Positions 30,255-39,777 of a stretch of 64,000 bases of DNA are shown in pieces (within the stretch, counting starts at the first letter, position 1; the number at the start of each line of letters is the position of its first letter). The notes below the pieces were generated by a model that saw nothing but the letters and a program-made list of their open reading frames with translations, was not told where the DNA came from and ran no database searches. The translations under genes were made by a program, and so were the position numbers. The stretch is from Caldisericaceae bacterium. Its GTDB lineage: Bacteria > Caldisericota > Caldisericia > Caldisericales > Caldisericaceae. The stretch lies in assembly GCA_049967855.1 (NCBI GenBank), contig JBMFRX010000001.1, forward strand, positions 118,111 through 182,110, in the 5' to 3' direction.

Positions 30255-31148
30255 ATGACTGAAGAATTAACTCAACAGAAAGAAGTATCGACAAGAGTCG
30301 AAGGTTACTGGTACCTTGTAGTTAAGCGTTTGAAGAAACACAAATTAGCTGTTTTCTCTCTGTTTGTGCTGATAGCAATAATTTTGCTTTGCATTGTTGG
30401 GCCATACTTCACAAGGTATTCAATGAATGAAATGGGGAATGCGACGACTGATGTTTTGCAGGCACCTTCTTTAAGACACTGGTTTGGAACAGATGAACTG
30501 GGAAGAGATGTTTTTACAAGAGTTCTCCTTGGTGGAAGGGTTTCGCTCCTGGTTGGTTTTGCGTCTGTCTTCTCTGCGCTTCTTGTTGGAATAATAGTTG
30601 GAGCATATGCAGGATACTATGGAGGGATTCTTGATACTGTATTGATGAGATTTACCGACATAATGTTCTCAATTCCAGTGCTTCCTTTGCTTGTTGTTCT
30701 TTCCTCGGTTATTCCTGGAGCAGGTGTTTGGAAAATTATTATGGTAATAGCACTTTTTGGTTGGATGACCGATGCAAGAATCATAAGAGGATTATTTCTT
30801 TCACTTAGAGAAAGCGAATACAACGAAGCAGCGCGTGCAATTGGCGTATCAAGCACAAGAATCATATGGAGACACCTTCTTCCTAACGCACTTGCTCCGA
30901 TTATTGTGTCTGCTACGCTTGGAGTGGGCGGAAATATAATCTACGAAGCAGCACTGAGCTATTTGGGTTTTGGCGTTATGCCGCCTGACCCTTCTTGGGG
31001 AAATATTCTGCAGAATGCTCAGTACGCAATGGCAATTGCACCGTGGCTTGTTTGGGCGCCTGGGCTGGCGATTCTTATTACAGTTATCGCTTTCAATTTC
31101 CTTGGCGACGGTTTACGTGATGCTATGGACCCGAAGCTTTATAGGTAG
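30255..31148 (+). CDS. oppC: Oligopeptide ABC permease
   Basis: HWFGTDELGRD, EAARAIG, HLLPN, LSYLG.G, LGDGLRDA.DP. Confidence 0.93.
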   Translation: MTEELTQQKEVSTRVEGYWYLVVKRLKKHKLAVFSLFVLIAIILLCIVGPYFTRYSMNEMGNATTDVLQAPSLRHWFGTDELGRDVFTRVLLGGRVSLLVGFASVFSALLVGIIVGAYAGYYGGILDTVLMRFTDIMFSIPVLPLLVVLSSVIPGAGVWKIIMVIALFGWMTDARIIRGLFLSLRESEYNEAARAIGVSSTRIIWRHLLPNALAPIIVSATLGVGGNIIYEAALSYLGFGVMPPDPSWGNILQNAQYAMAIAPWLVWAPGLAILITVIAFNFLGDGLRDAMDPKLYR

Positions 31149-31155
31149 GTGTTGA

Positions 31156-32154
31156 ATGGATAAAAGCGAAGTTTTGTTGGAAGTAAAAGACTTACAAACA
31201 TATTTCTATACTGACGACGGTGTTGTAAAAGCTGTCGATGGAATGAGTTTCACTATTCATAAGGGCGAAGTGCTCGGCCTTGTTGGAGAAAGCGGTTGCG
31301 GAAAGTCCGTTGCCTCTCTTTCCATTATGCAGCTTGTTGATGCCCCAGGTAAAACTGTGGGTGGCGAAATAATATTCAAAGGCGAAAATCTACTCACAAA
31401 AACGCCAGAGCAAATGAGGAAAATTCGTGGAGCAGAGATTTCTATGATATTTCAGGAGCCAATGACTTCTCTTAACCCTGTATACACCATTGGAGACCAG
31501 ATTATGGAAGCAATTCTTGTGCATCAGGATATAGGGGAAGAAGAGGCTAAGAGAAGAACAATTGAGCTTCTTCATCTCGTTGGCATTCCAGAGCCAGAAA
31601 GGCGATTTAACCAGTATCCACATGAGATGAGTGGAGGAATGAGACAGAGGGTTATGATTGCAATGGCAATGTCCTCTAATCCAGATTTGCTTATCTCTGA
31701 CGAGGCGACTACAGCTCTTGATGTAACAATTCAGGCGCAGATCCTTGAACTGATGAAGGACCTTCAGAGGAAAACTGGAATGGCAATTCTCTTTATTACT
31801 CATGACCTTGCAATTATTGCAGAACTTGCCGATAATGTCGCCGTTGCTTACACTGGGAAGATTGTGGAGTATTCTGATGTTCACACAATATTTAAGAACC
31901 CAAAACATCAGTATACTTATGGACTTCTTATGTCGGTGCCAAGCCTTGTTTCTGTTCAGACAAAAGTTGAGCTTCCTGCAATTGAAGGAATGGTTCCCAA
32001 CCCCTATCATATGCCGAAGGGATGTCATTTCAATCCCAGGTGTCCATTTGCTACTGAGCGCTGCCGCAAGGAAATGCCAGAACTTATAGAACTCGAGCCA
32101 AATCACCTTGTAAGGTGTTTCCACCCTGTAGAGTCTGCTAAGGAGGTCGTATGA
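31156..32154 (+). CDS. oppD: Oligopeptide ABC ATPase
   Basis: [32 protein letters not shown]...C...C tail. Confidence 0.94.
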   Translation: MDKSEVLLEVKDLQTYFYTDDGVVKAVDGMSFTIHKGEVLGLVGESGCGKSVASLSIMQLVDAPGKTVGGEIIFKGENLLTKTPEQMRKIRGAEISMIFQEPMTSLNPVYTIGDQIMEAILVHQDIGEEEAKRRTIELLHLVGIPEPERRFNQYPHEMSGGMRQRVMIAMAMSSNPDLLISDEATTALDVTIQAQILELMKDLQRKTGMAILFITHDLAIIAELADNVAVAYTGKIVEYSDVHTIFKNPKHQYTYGLLMSVPSLVSVQTKVELPAIEGMVPNPYHMPKGCHFNPRCPFATERCRKEMPELIELEPNHLVRCFHPVESAKEVV

Positions 32155-33149
32155 GAAAGTTAATTGAAACTGATAATCTGACTAAATATTTTCCAGTCTT
32201 GGGTGGAGTTTTCTCGCGGCCTGTTGGCTATGTAAAGGCAGTTGACGGTGTTTCGTTTCATATTTTTGAGGGAGAGACTTTTGGCCTCGTTGGAGAAAGC
32301 GGGAGTGGAAAAACAACTGCTGGCAAAACACTGATCAAGTTGCTTGAACCAACCAAAGGAAGTATTATTTTTGATGGAAAAGACATTTCTAAACTATCTG
32401 TCTCGGAGATGCGGCCTTTGAGGAAAAGCATGCAGATTATCTTTCAGGATCCTTACGGCTCGCTTAACCCGAGGCTTCCTATAGGAGAAATTATTAGAGA
32501 ACCACTTCTTGTTCATAAGATTGGCACAAAGAAAGAGCAGGAAGAGCGAGTTGTTGAAATAATGAAGCTTGTTGGACTGAGGCCTGAATACCTGCACAGG
32601 TATCCTCATGAATTTTCTGGTGGACAACGCCAGAGAATCGGCATTGCAAGGTCCATTGTAATGAATCCCAAATTCATTGTGGCTGATGAACCTGTTTCGG
32701 CTCTTGATGCATCCGTGCAAGCCCAGGTTTTGAACTTGTTGTTGGAGCTTCAGCAGAAGCTTGCCTTGACTTACTTGCTTGTTGCACATAACCTTGCTGT
32801 CGTTAGGCACGTCTCTGATAGAATTGGTGTTATGTATCTGGGCAAACTTGTGGAAGTTGCAGAAACTAAGGAGCTATTCGACAAGCCTTACCATCCTTAT
32901 ACTCAGGCTCTGCTTTCTGCAATTCCTATTCCAGACCCTGATATTAAGAAGGAAAGAATCCTTTTGCAGGGTGATATCCCATCACCTATTAATCCTCCAT
33001 CTGGATGCAGGTTCAGGACGCGATGCAGGTATGCTAAGGATATCTGTGCTGAGAAAGAACCCCCAATGATCGAGGTTACGCCTGGTCATTTTGTAGCCTG
33101 CCATTTTGTTAAGAAAGGCGGAGTTACTGATTACACGGTAAGTAAATAG
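32151..33149 (+). CDS. oppF: Oligopeptide ABC ATPase
   Basis: [38 protein letters not shown]. Confidence 0.94.
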   Translation: MRKLIETDNLTKYFPVLGGVFSRPVGYVKAVDGVSFHIFEGETFGLVGESGSGKTTAGKTLIKLLEPTKGSIIFDGKDISKLSVSEMRPLRKSMQIIFQDPYGSLNPRLPIGEIIREPLLVHKIGTKKEQEERVVEIMKLVGLRPEYLHRYPHEFSGGQRQRIGIARSIVMNPKFIVADEPVSALDASVQAQVLNLLLELQQKLALTYLLVAHNLAVVRHVSDRIGVMYLGKLVEVAETKELFDKPYHPYTQALLSAIPIPDPDIKKERILLQGDIPSPINPPSGCRFRTRCRYAKDICAEKEPPMIEVTPGHFVACHFVKKGGVTDYTVSK

Positions 33150-33170
33150 CTATATTCAACAAGATGTTTC

Positions 33171-33206
33171 AAACAGAGAGGATAGTTTTGTCCTCTCTGT
33201 TTTTTT
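33171..33206 (+). terminator. Rho-independent terminator of the opp operon
   Basis: AAACAGAGAGGA / TCCTCTCTGTTT inverted repeat running into a T tract. Confidence 0.88.
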
Positions 33207-33425
33207 ATTAGAATTATCTACTTCATCGTCGTTGCTTTTGAATTTAAGCGTAAATTTTGCGATACTGAAACAGTCAAACTTAATTTATAAAAGGTTGTTC
33301 AACTGTTCTGCGTTTGCTAAGGGTTGCTTTACGAAGAGGCTCTATTATGAACATAATGCGTTAATAGACGATTGTTGGGAATTATGAACTGAAATCTGCC
33401 TAACGCTCTGTGAGTGTACAAGGTC

Positions 33426-33453
33426 TTGACTATAATTATTTTTTGTGTAAAAT
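33426..33453 (+). promoter_or_regulatory. Sigma-70/A promoter for the tRNA-Ile2 unit
   Basis: TTGACT-N16-TAAAAT, 15 nt upstream of the tRNA. Confidence 0.7.
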
Positions 33454-33468
33454 ATGTTTGCTATACTA

Positions 33469-33543
33469 GGGCCCGTAGCTCAAAGGTGGAGCGGTTGGCT
33501 CATAACCAATTGGTTCTTGGTTCGAATCCAAGCGGGCCCACCA
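33469..33543 (+). tRNA. tRNA with CAT anticodon, most likely tRNA-Ile2 (lysidine)
   Basis: GGGCCCG/CGGGCCC acceptor, GTTGG-CTCATAA-CCAAT anticodon arm, GGTTCGAATCC T arm, encoded CCA; C4/C5 in the acceptor stem fits Ile2 rather than Met/fMet. Confidence 0.92.
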
Positions 33544-33559
33544 AAATTTGGAGGTTTGA

Positions 33560-34276
33560 ATGTACATTAAACTACTCTGGGAACTCGAGCAAATGCATCA
33601 ACTCACGCAACAGAAGGAAGTTAGAGTTAAAGAAATCCAGGAAGAACTCAAAATAGAAGAGGAAATTAAGGGTCTTGAAAACCAGATTGCTGAATCAAAT
33701 TCACTTGTTGAAAGTTTTTTGAAGCGCAAGAGAGAGCTTGAGAGTGAAAAAGAGGCTATACAGTCACAGCTTGTAGCGATTAACGAGGGACTTGAGAACA
33801 ATAAGTTTAAAAATGCCAAGGAGCTCAAAATTGCTAAGAAGAATCAGGAGACCTTGGTTGTAAAAAGCGAAGAGATTAACAGAAATTTGAATTTTGTTAT
33901 CGCGGAAATCGAGGAAAAAAAGGCATTCCAGAAGTCTGTTTCTGACAAGATCGATAACTACAAGGAAAAGATTGCCAGTGTTCAGCAAGAGTACGAAAAG
34001 CTTGAGCGTGAAATTGCTTTTGAAAACGAGAAATACGAGAAGGAATTTGCCGCACAATCGCAGTCAATCCCTTTCAGTATACTTCACCGTTACCTTGAAA
34101 TCCAGCAGCAGTTTCCTCATGGGGCTATAGCGACTGTGGAGCACGGTCATTGCTCTTATTGCGGAGCGATGGTGCCACTCGAGGTCCTTGAAAAACTGAA
34201 GAATGAAAGCAAAGAAGAAGTTATACAGTGCGAAGTTTGTGGAAAGATTCTTTATCTTCCCTCTAAAGATAAATAG
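33560..34276 (+). CDS. Coiled-coil plus C4 zinc-ribbon protein (DUF164 type)
   Basis: Long heptad coiled coil, then CSYCG and CEVCGKIL; GGAGG SD; position upstream of rnpB. Confidence 0.85.
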   Translation: MYIKLLWELEQMHQLTQQKEVRVKEIQEELKIEEEIKGLENQIAESNSLVESFLKRKRELESEKEAIQSQLVAINEGLENNKFKNAKELKIAKKNQETLVVKSEEINRNLNFVIAEIEEKKAFQKSVSDKIDNYKEKIASVQQEYEKLEREIAFENEKYEKEFAAQSQSIPFSILHRYLEIQQQFPHGAIATVEHGHCSYCGAMVPLEVLEKLKNESKEEVIQCEVCGKILYLPSKDK

Positions 34277-34603
34277 CCTTAAGTAAAGCATGTGATCGCA
34301 GGGGATTATTCGCCTGAGGAAAGTCCGGACTCCTGGGAGCAAGGTGCTTGGGAAACCCAAGTGGGGGCAACCCCAAGGAAAGTGCCACAGAAAATAGACC
34401 GCCTGTTTTTGCAGGCAAGGGTGAAAAGGTAGCGTAAGAGACTACCGGTGGCTTTGGTGACAGAGCCATGCTTGGTAAACCCCACCTGGAGCAAGGCCAA
34501 ATAGGGCAGTAAAGGAAGCTCCCCCTGCGCTGTCGGGTTGGCCGCTTAGATAAATGATCACGACCTTTTAGGTGACAGAATCTGGCTTACGCTTTGCTTA
34601 AGG
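34277..34603 (+). ncRNA. rnpB: RNase P RNA, bacterial type A (apparently lacking P18)
   Basis: GAGGAAAGTCCGG and ACAGAATCTGGCTTA (P4), AGTGCCACAGAAA, GGGTGAAA, GGTAAACCCC; terminal pairing CCTTAAGTAAAGC/GCTTTGCTTAAGG. Confidence 0.96.
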
Positions 34604-34631
34604 TTTTTTTGATTTATCATGTGAGAAACTA

Positions 34632-34659
34632 TTGCAAAATTTGTCTTGTTTTATATATT
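34632..34659 (+). promoter_or_regulatory. Possible sigma-70/A promoter for the tRNA-Pro pair and downstream operon
   Basis: TTGCAA-N16-TATATT in an AT-rich spacer. Confidence 0.4.
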
Positions 34660-34711
34660 ATATGTGATGCAAAATTTAAAATCTGTTTAGTCTTTGAGCC
34701 TTATTTGTTGT

Positions 34712-34789
34712 CGGGGCGTGGCGCAGTTTGGTTAGCGCACCTGCATGGGGTGCAGGGGGTCGGAAGTTCGAATCTTCTCGCCCCGACCA
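34712..34789 (+). tRNA. tRNA-Pro (GGG)
   Basis: CGGGGCG/CGCCCCG acceptor, CCTGC-ATGGGGT-GCAGG anticodon arm, TTCGAAT T loop, CCA. Confidence 0.96.
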
Positions 34790-34792
34790 TTT

Positions 34793-34869
34793 CGGGATGT
34801 GGCTCAGCTTGGTAGAGCGCTTGGTTCGGGACTAAGAGGTCGTGGGTCCGAATCCCACCATCCCGACCA
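34793..34869 (+). tRNA. tRNA-Pro (CGG)
   Basis: CGGGATG/CATCCCG acceptor, CTTGG-TTCGGGA-CTAAG anticodon arm, T arm GTGGG-TCCGAAT-CCCAC, CCA. Confidence 0.94.
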
Positions 34870-34893
34870 TAAAATTTAACATAGGAGGACTAA

Positions 34894-36339
34894 GTGGAAC
34901 AGGACAGTGCGCCACTTTATGAAGCAGTAAGAGAGTATATTAAACGTGATATGGTGCCATTCCACATGCCAGGTCATTCACAGGGCAAAGGGGCACCAAA
35001 ACTTCTGAAGAAGCTTTTTGGACAAGAGTTTTTTGATTTCGACCTTACGGAAGTCTCTGGTCTTGATTATTTGCACTACGCTCACGGTGTTATAAGGCAG
35101 GCAGAAGAGTTAGCAGCAGACCTCTACGGGACAAAAGCAACTTTCTTTTTGGTAAACGGTACAACTGCTGGAATTCATGCAATGATTCTCTCAACGGTGA
35201 AGAAAGGTGAGAAAATAATCATAGGAAGAAACTCTCACCGTTCTGTTATCGGCGGCATCATTGAAGCTGGAGCCATACCTATTTTTGTTCAACCAGAGTT
35301 CAATAAAGAGTTTGGGATTATCACTAACATCACTCCCGAATCATTGGCCAGTGCAATAGAAGAAAATCCAGATGCTAAAGCAGTGCACATTACTACGCCT
35401 AATTATTACGGTTTTCAAGGCAGAATCAAAGAAATGATTGACCTTGTACACAGAAACAATATGTATGCACTCGTTGATGAAGCACATGCAGCGCATTTTC
35501 CATTTAATAAGCAATTCCCTAAGTCAGCCATAAAATACGGAGCCGACATTGTTGCACAAAGCGCTCACAAAACACTGCCTACGCTTACTCAGACATCTTT
35601 TCTTCACGTCGTATCAGATAAAGTTAACATCGATAGAGTTGAACAGGTTCTTGGCTTGATTGAGAGTTCCAGTCCTTCATACATATTTATGATTTCAATG
35701 GATATTGCTCGTAGAGAGATGGCTCTTCGTGGAGAAGAACTTTGGGATAAGGCTATCGGAGTTGCTGAATACGCAAGAGAAGAAATCTCCAAAATTCCAG
35801 GTTTCAGAGTTACCTCCTCATCTTTGGTGAACTATGATGATATCAATGCATTTGATCCAATAAAGCTTACAATAAACGTTCAAGAACTTGGCTACTCTGG
35901 TTTTGAATTTGAATCATATCTCAATGATAGGAACATCGAAATTGAATTATCAGATCTCCAGAATGTATTGTTATTTATTACCATTGGAACAAGGTACAAG
36001 GACGTTGATTCGCTGCTTTCTGTTTTGAAAAAAGTGCCTGCAAAGAAGCGAAAGAATTCTGTTAGAATGCCGAATTTTCCTCCTGCAAGCAGATTTGCAA
36101 TGACCCCTAACGATGCATTTAGCAAGCAGTACGAAAATGTGCGCTTAAAGGAAGCAGTAGGCAGAATAAGCTGGGGAATTGTTGCTCCATACCCTCCTGG
36201 GATACCTGTGTTTGTGCCAGGAATGGAGATTACTCGTGATGCAGCCGATTTTATTGATGAGGTATATAACAAGGGTGGCCTTGTTCAAGGGTCGCTCAAG
36301 GAAAAAAATGGTATCAGAATAAGAGTAGTTAAGGAATAG
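34894..36339 (+). CDS. PLP-dependent Arg/Lys/Orn decarboxylase (fold type I, short form)
   Basis: FHMPGH, LVNGTT, RNSHRS, VDEAH.AH, QSAHKTL (PLP Lys), SSSPSY, PYPPGIP. Confidence 0.9.
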   Translation: MEQDSAPLYEAVREYIKRDMVPFHMPGHSQGKGAPKLLKKLFGQEFFDFDLTEVSGLDYLHYAHGVIRQAEELAADLYGTKATFFLVNGTTAGIHAMILSTVKKGEKIIIGRNSHRSVIGGIIEAGAIPIFVQPEFNKEFGIITNITPESLASAIEENPDAKAVHITTPNYYGFQGRIKEMIDLVHRNNMYALVDEAHAAHFPFNKQFPKSAIKYGADIVAQSAHKTLPTLTQTSFLHVVSDKVNIDRVEQVLGLIESSSPSYIFMISMDIARREMALRGEELWDKAIGVAEYAREEISKIPGFRVTSSSLVNYDDINAFDPIKLTINVQELGYSGFEFESYLNDRNIEIELSDLQNVLLFITIGTRYKDVDSLLSVLKKVPAKKRKNSVRMPNFPPASRFAMTPNDAFSKQYENVRLKEAVGRISWGIVAPYPPGIPVFVPGMEITRDAADFIDEVYNKGGLVQGSLKEKNGIRIRVVKE

Positions 36340-36348
36340 AGGTGGTGT

Positions 36349-36684
36349 ATGAAAGAAACAGATTTGCTTAACATAATCAAGAAAAGTGAAGATGAGGCAG
36401 AGTCTATAACAAAAGCTGCTGTGAATAAAATTGATGAGTTAAGAAAACACTTTGATGAAGAAAAAGAAAGAATAAAGAAAGAAAATGAAGAGAAGTTGGT
36501 TGAAGAAGCAGATTCATATAGAACTGATAAAGAGAAGTCTTTTGATGAATTGCTGAAAAAACTGAACAGCGAAAAGGAAGAAAAGCTTAACAAATTGAGA
36601 GCAAGTTACAAAAAGAATTTTGAAACTGTGTTACGGGAATTTCATAGTCTTATTCTGGAGCAGAAATGGCAATCGAGAAAATAA
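36349..36684 (+). CDS. V/A-type ATPase peripheral stalk subunit H/G
   Basis: Highly charged helical 111 aa protein immediately before subunit I. Confidence 0.7.
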   Translation: MKETDLLNIIKKSEDEAESITKAAVNKIDELRKHFDEEKERIKKENEEKLVEEADSYRTDKEKSFDELLKKLNSEKEEKLNKLRASYKKNFETVLREFHSLILEQKWQSRK

Positions 36685-38666
36685 AAAAGGTACTCATCGT
36701 CGGAGATAAAGCTAAGGAAAATTTAATATCTGATTCGATATTTTCCCTTGGCTTAATTCACGTTGACGAATTTGACAGAGACGTTCTTGAAGATATAGGC
36801 CACTTTAAGCAAGCAGTTTCGTCTTTCACCTACGACGAAGAGAATATGCAGGTGAACTTTATACTTGAGAATTTCAAGAAGTTTGGCATTGACACAAAAG
36901 GGTTCTTTAAATCATTCTTTCCTGACGATATAGAAGTTTCCAAAGCTGATTTTGAACGTATCAGCCAAACATTTGATTTAAACGGAATATATGAATCCAT
37001 TTCAAGGCTCAGTGGAAGGTTTGCTGAGCTTTCCGAAGAGGAAGTTTCACTCTCAGAAGAAAAGAAATTCCTTCTTTCTTTCAAAGATTTTCCTTTTCAG
37101 TTCTCAATAATGCAGGGCACGGCAACAACGAAGTCTGTTATTTGCACTGCAAAGACTGTCAATCTTAATTCTTTGCTGGTTAAAGAGAAGGATACAATTG
37201 ATAATATTTACCTTGATGTATTCGATAGTGACAAGAACATTTCAAACATATTCATCCTCTTCCTTAGGGAAGATGAGGACAAAATCCTGTCGCTGCTTAG
37301 AAGTTATGATATCGAACAAGTAAGCCCGCCCGAGAACCTTTTGGGATTTGCGAATGAAGAGGCGAATAGGATAAGCTCAAGATTGAGCAGTATAGAAAAG
37401 GAGAAAAATGTTATCCTTTCTAAAATGCGTGAGCTTTACAACCTAAAAAGAGAACTGATTGTTTATAAGGATTATATCGACTCATTGAGAGTTAAAGAGC
37501 AAAAGAAGACAAACTTCCTTGATGGCACTGATGTATTTGTTTTAAAGGGCTTTGTGAAGGAAAGGCAATTAGAAGATCTTAAGAAGCTTGACGGTATTGA
37601 GGGAGTTGAAACTTTCATTTCGGATCCTGAGGCAAGTGACTTTGTACCAGTTGCTATAGCTAATAATCCTATATTCAGGCCGTTTGAATTTTTGGTTCGT
37701 TTGTTTGGTTTGCCAAGCTATTCCAATATTGACCCTACACCAGTTATTGCAGTTCTGTTCTCTGTTTTCTTTGGGATGGCCCTGGGAGATGCTTTTTATG
37801 GATCGCTTCTTGCCATTTTTGCATTCTATTTCTTGAGAAAATATAAAGATAATCCAGGGTCAAATGGTTTTTTCTCAATTCTTCTTTATGGAGGAATCTC
37901 TGCTACGATTGTGGGTATACTAACTGGTTCTTTTGCAGGGAATTTCTTTGCTACTTATTTCCCTTCCTCTGCAATAACGCATATATTGAAGTCTCTTACT
38001 GTTATTGATACTAATTCACCAAGCGGGTCTGTGGAATTCCTGGTTGTTGCGTTGGCTATAGGTATATTTACTCAACTGCTTGGTGTGTTGATGAGCATCG
38101 TCGCTAAAGTTAAGAATAAAAATTACCTTGATGCTCTTTTTAATGGGGTGGGCTGGCTTGCTTTTTTGCCAGGGTTAATGGGACTCTTTGTTGTTGGTAA
38201 ACTGCCTTCTTTAAGGATCTATGACAGTATTTTGCTTTATAGTGGACTCGGGCTTTTATTCATTGGCGGGTTTATGTCAATTCGAACACCCCTTTTCAAA
38301 CCAATAGCAGCATTAGTTAATATCTATGGAATCAGAAGTTCGTATGGCATTTCAAGTTTTCTTGGAGATGTTTTATCGTATTTACGTCTATTTGCGCTTG
38401 GCTTGAGCAGCTCTATACTTGCTTCTTCCTTTAATTTGATGGCAAAGGTTATTGGAAGTCTATTTGGAAATTTCGGAATTGTTCCGCTTATATTGATTCT
38501 TTTAGCTCTCCATACTCTTGCTTTTATGATGAACATACTCGGAGCATTTATCCATTCTATGCGTCTTAATTTCCTTGAGTTTTTCGGAAGATTTTACGAT
38601 ATTGGTGGCAGTTCGTTCAGTCCTTTTGGGATTGAACTTAAGAATACTAGAATTAAAAAGGAATAA
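36666..38666 (+). CDS. atpI: V/A-type ATP synthase subunit I
   Basis: MAIEKIKK start, P.Y..IDPT, FFGM.LGD..YG, LSYLRLFALGL, HSMRL.F.EFF..FY. Confidence 0.94.
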   Translation: MAIEKIKKVLIVGDKAKENLISDSIFSLGLIHVDEFDRDVLEDIGHFKQAVSSFTYDEENMQVNFILENFKKFGIDTKGFFKSFFPDDIEVSKADFERISQTFDLNGIYESISRLSGRFAELSEEEVSLSEEKKFLLSFKDFPFQFSIMQGTATTKSVICTAKTVNLNSLLVKEKDTIDNIYLDVFDSDKNISNIFILFLREDEDKILSLLRSYDIEQVSPPENLLGFANEEANRISSRLSSIEKEKNVILSKMRELYNLKRELIVYKDYIDSLRVKEQKKTNFLDGTDVFVLKGFVKERQLEDLKKLDGIEGVETFISDPEASDFVPVAIANNPIFRPFEFLVRLFGLPSYSNIDPTPVIAVLFSVFFGMALGDAFYGSLLAIFAFYFLRKYKDNPGSNGFFSILLYGGISATIVGILTGSFAGNFFATYFPSSAITHILKSLTVIDTNSPSGSVEFLVVALAIGIFTQLLGVLMSIVAKVKNKNYLDALFNGVGWLAFLPGLMGLFVVGKLPSLRIYDSILLYSGLGLLFIGGFMSIRTPLFKPIAALVNIYGIRSSYGISSFLGDVLSYLRLFALGLSSSILASSFNLMAKVIGSLFGNFGIVPLILILLALHTLAFMMNILGAFIHSMRLNFLEFFGRFYDIGGSSFSPFGIELKNTRIKKE

Positions 38667-38682
38667 TAGGAGGTACTAAAAA

Positions 38683-39183
38683 ATGAACACAGCGATTAGT
38701 CCGTTGAACAATGGCCCTCTGTGGGTGGCAGCTGGTGCTGCTATCGTTGCAGTGTTAGGTGCAATAGGATCAGGTATGGGTATCGAAAGAACAACAGCAC
38801 ATGCTGGCGGTATCCTTTCAGAAAAGCCTGAACTATTTGGTAAGATGCTTGTTATTATGGCTCTTCCAGGAACGCAGGGTTTTTATAGCTTTGTAGTTGC
38901 ATTCCTTATTATGCAGTTTTTCGGCTTTATCGGCGGAAACCCTCATGCAACTATTGCTCAAGGTGTTGCAATATTTATCCTTGGGCTATTTGTAGGCCTT
39001 GATGAATTCAAGACTGCTTTAGACCAGGCTCATTCTGGAATTGGTGCTCTTGACCTTACCGCAAAACGCCCTGAAGAAGGTGGAAGAGCAATTCTTCTTC
39101 CAGCTCTTGTTGAGACTTATGCTATTCTTGGTTTGCTTGCAGGGTTCCTTTTAACATTGTGGATCAGTGGCAAACCATTCTGA
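38683..39183 (+). CDS. atpK: V/A-type ATP synthase subunit K (4-TM proteolipid)
   Basis: GSGMG, LPGTQG.Y, ETYAIL. Confidence 0.93.
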   Translation: MNTAISPLNNGPLWVAAGAAIVAVLGAIGSGMGIERTTAHAGGILSEKPELFGKMLVIMALPGTQGFYSFVVAFLIMQFFGFIGGNPHATIAQGVAIFILGLFVGLDEFKTALDQAHSGIGALDLTAKRPEEGGRAILLPALVETYAILGLLAGFLLTLWISGKPF

Positions 39184-39189
39184 GTGAAT

Positions 39190-39777
39190 ATGAGTATAGA
39201 AAAAGTTCAAGAAAGAATTATCAAGAATGCCAACCTGAAAGCCTCCGAAAGCATTAAAAACGAGGAGGAAAGGCTTAATAAACTTATGAATATATTCCTT
39301 GATGATTCTCGCCTCGACTTTGAGCAGAGAAAAGCCAGGATGTTTGAGGAAATTGACAGGCAGTTTAAGAGGAAGGAAGAAACTGAATCGGTTGGTTTAG
39401 AAAGAGCAATTCTTGTTGAAAAAACGAGACTGATTGATGTTTTCTTTGAAGCCTTGCTTGATGACCTTGTGAATATGAATGATGAAGATTACTACAGTTT
39501 CCTGTGTAGTCTTGTTGAGAAAAGTTCTATCAAAGATAGCTTTGAAGTCCGCTTGAATGAAAGAGATCTTCTAAGATTTGGTAAGAAAATGAGCTCTTTT
39601 TTATCAAAACACTACAGAGAAGCTGGAAAATTGTCAGACAAAGGAGCAGATATCAAGGGAGGCTGTATTGTTGTTGGTAATGAAGTTGAGCTAGATTATT
39701 CGTTTGAGTCTATCATAACTGAATTGAGAGAAAACTACGAGGTTGGTCTTAATGAATCACTTTTTAAGGAGAGTTAA
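39190..39777 (+). CDS. atpE: V/A-type ATP synthase subunit E
   Basis: Helical N-terminus, IKGG.IV, DYSFE; operon position. Confidence 0.82.
   Translation: MSIEKVQERIIKNANLKASESIKNEEERLNKLMNIFLDDSRLDFEQRKARMFEEIDRQFKRKEETESVGLERAILVEKTRLIDVFFEALLDDLVNMNDEDYYSFLCSLVEKSSIKDSFEVRLNERDLLRFGKKMSSFLSKHYREAGKLSDKGADIKGGCIVVGNEVELDYSFESIITELRENYEVGLNESLFKES

Noticed and set aside
31390..32124. 244-aa antisense ORF
   Set aside because: Lies wholly opposite oppD, with no recognisable motifs; shadow ORF.
33345..33372. Possible dif site on the minus strand (TTATGTTCATA arm)
   Set aside because: Only a partial XerD-arm match; spacer and XerC arm do not fit.
33414..33656. 80-aa ORF and similar short ORFs at 34263-34500 and 34594-34815
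   Set aside because: They overlap tRNA or rnpB genes, which explain the sequence.
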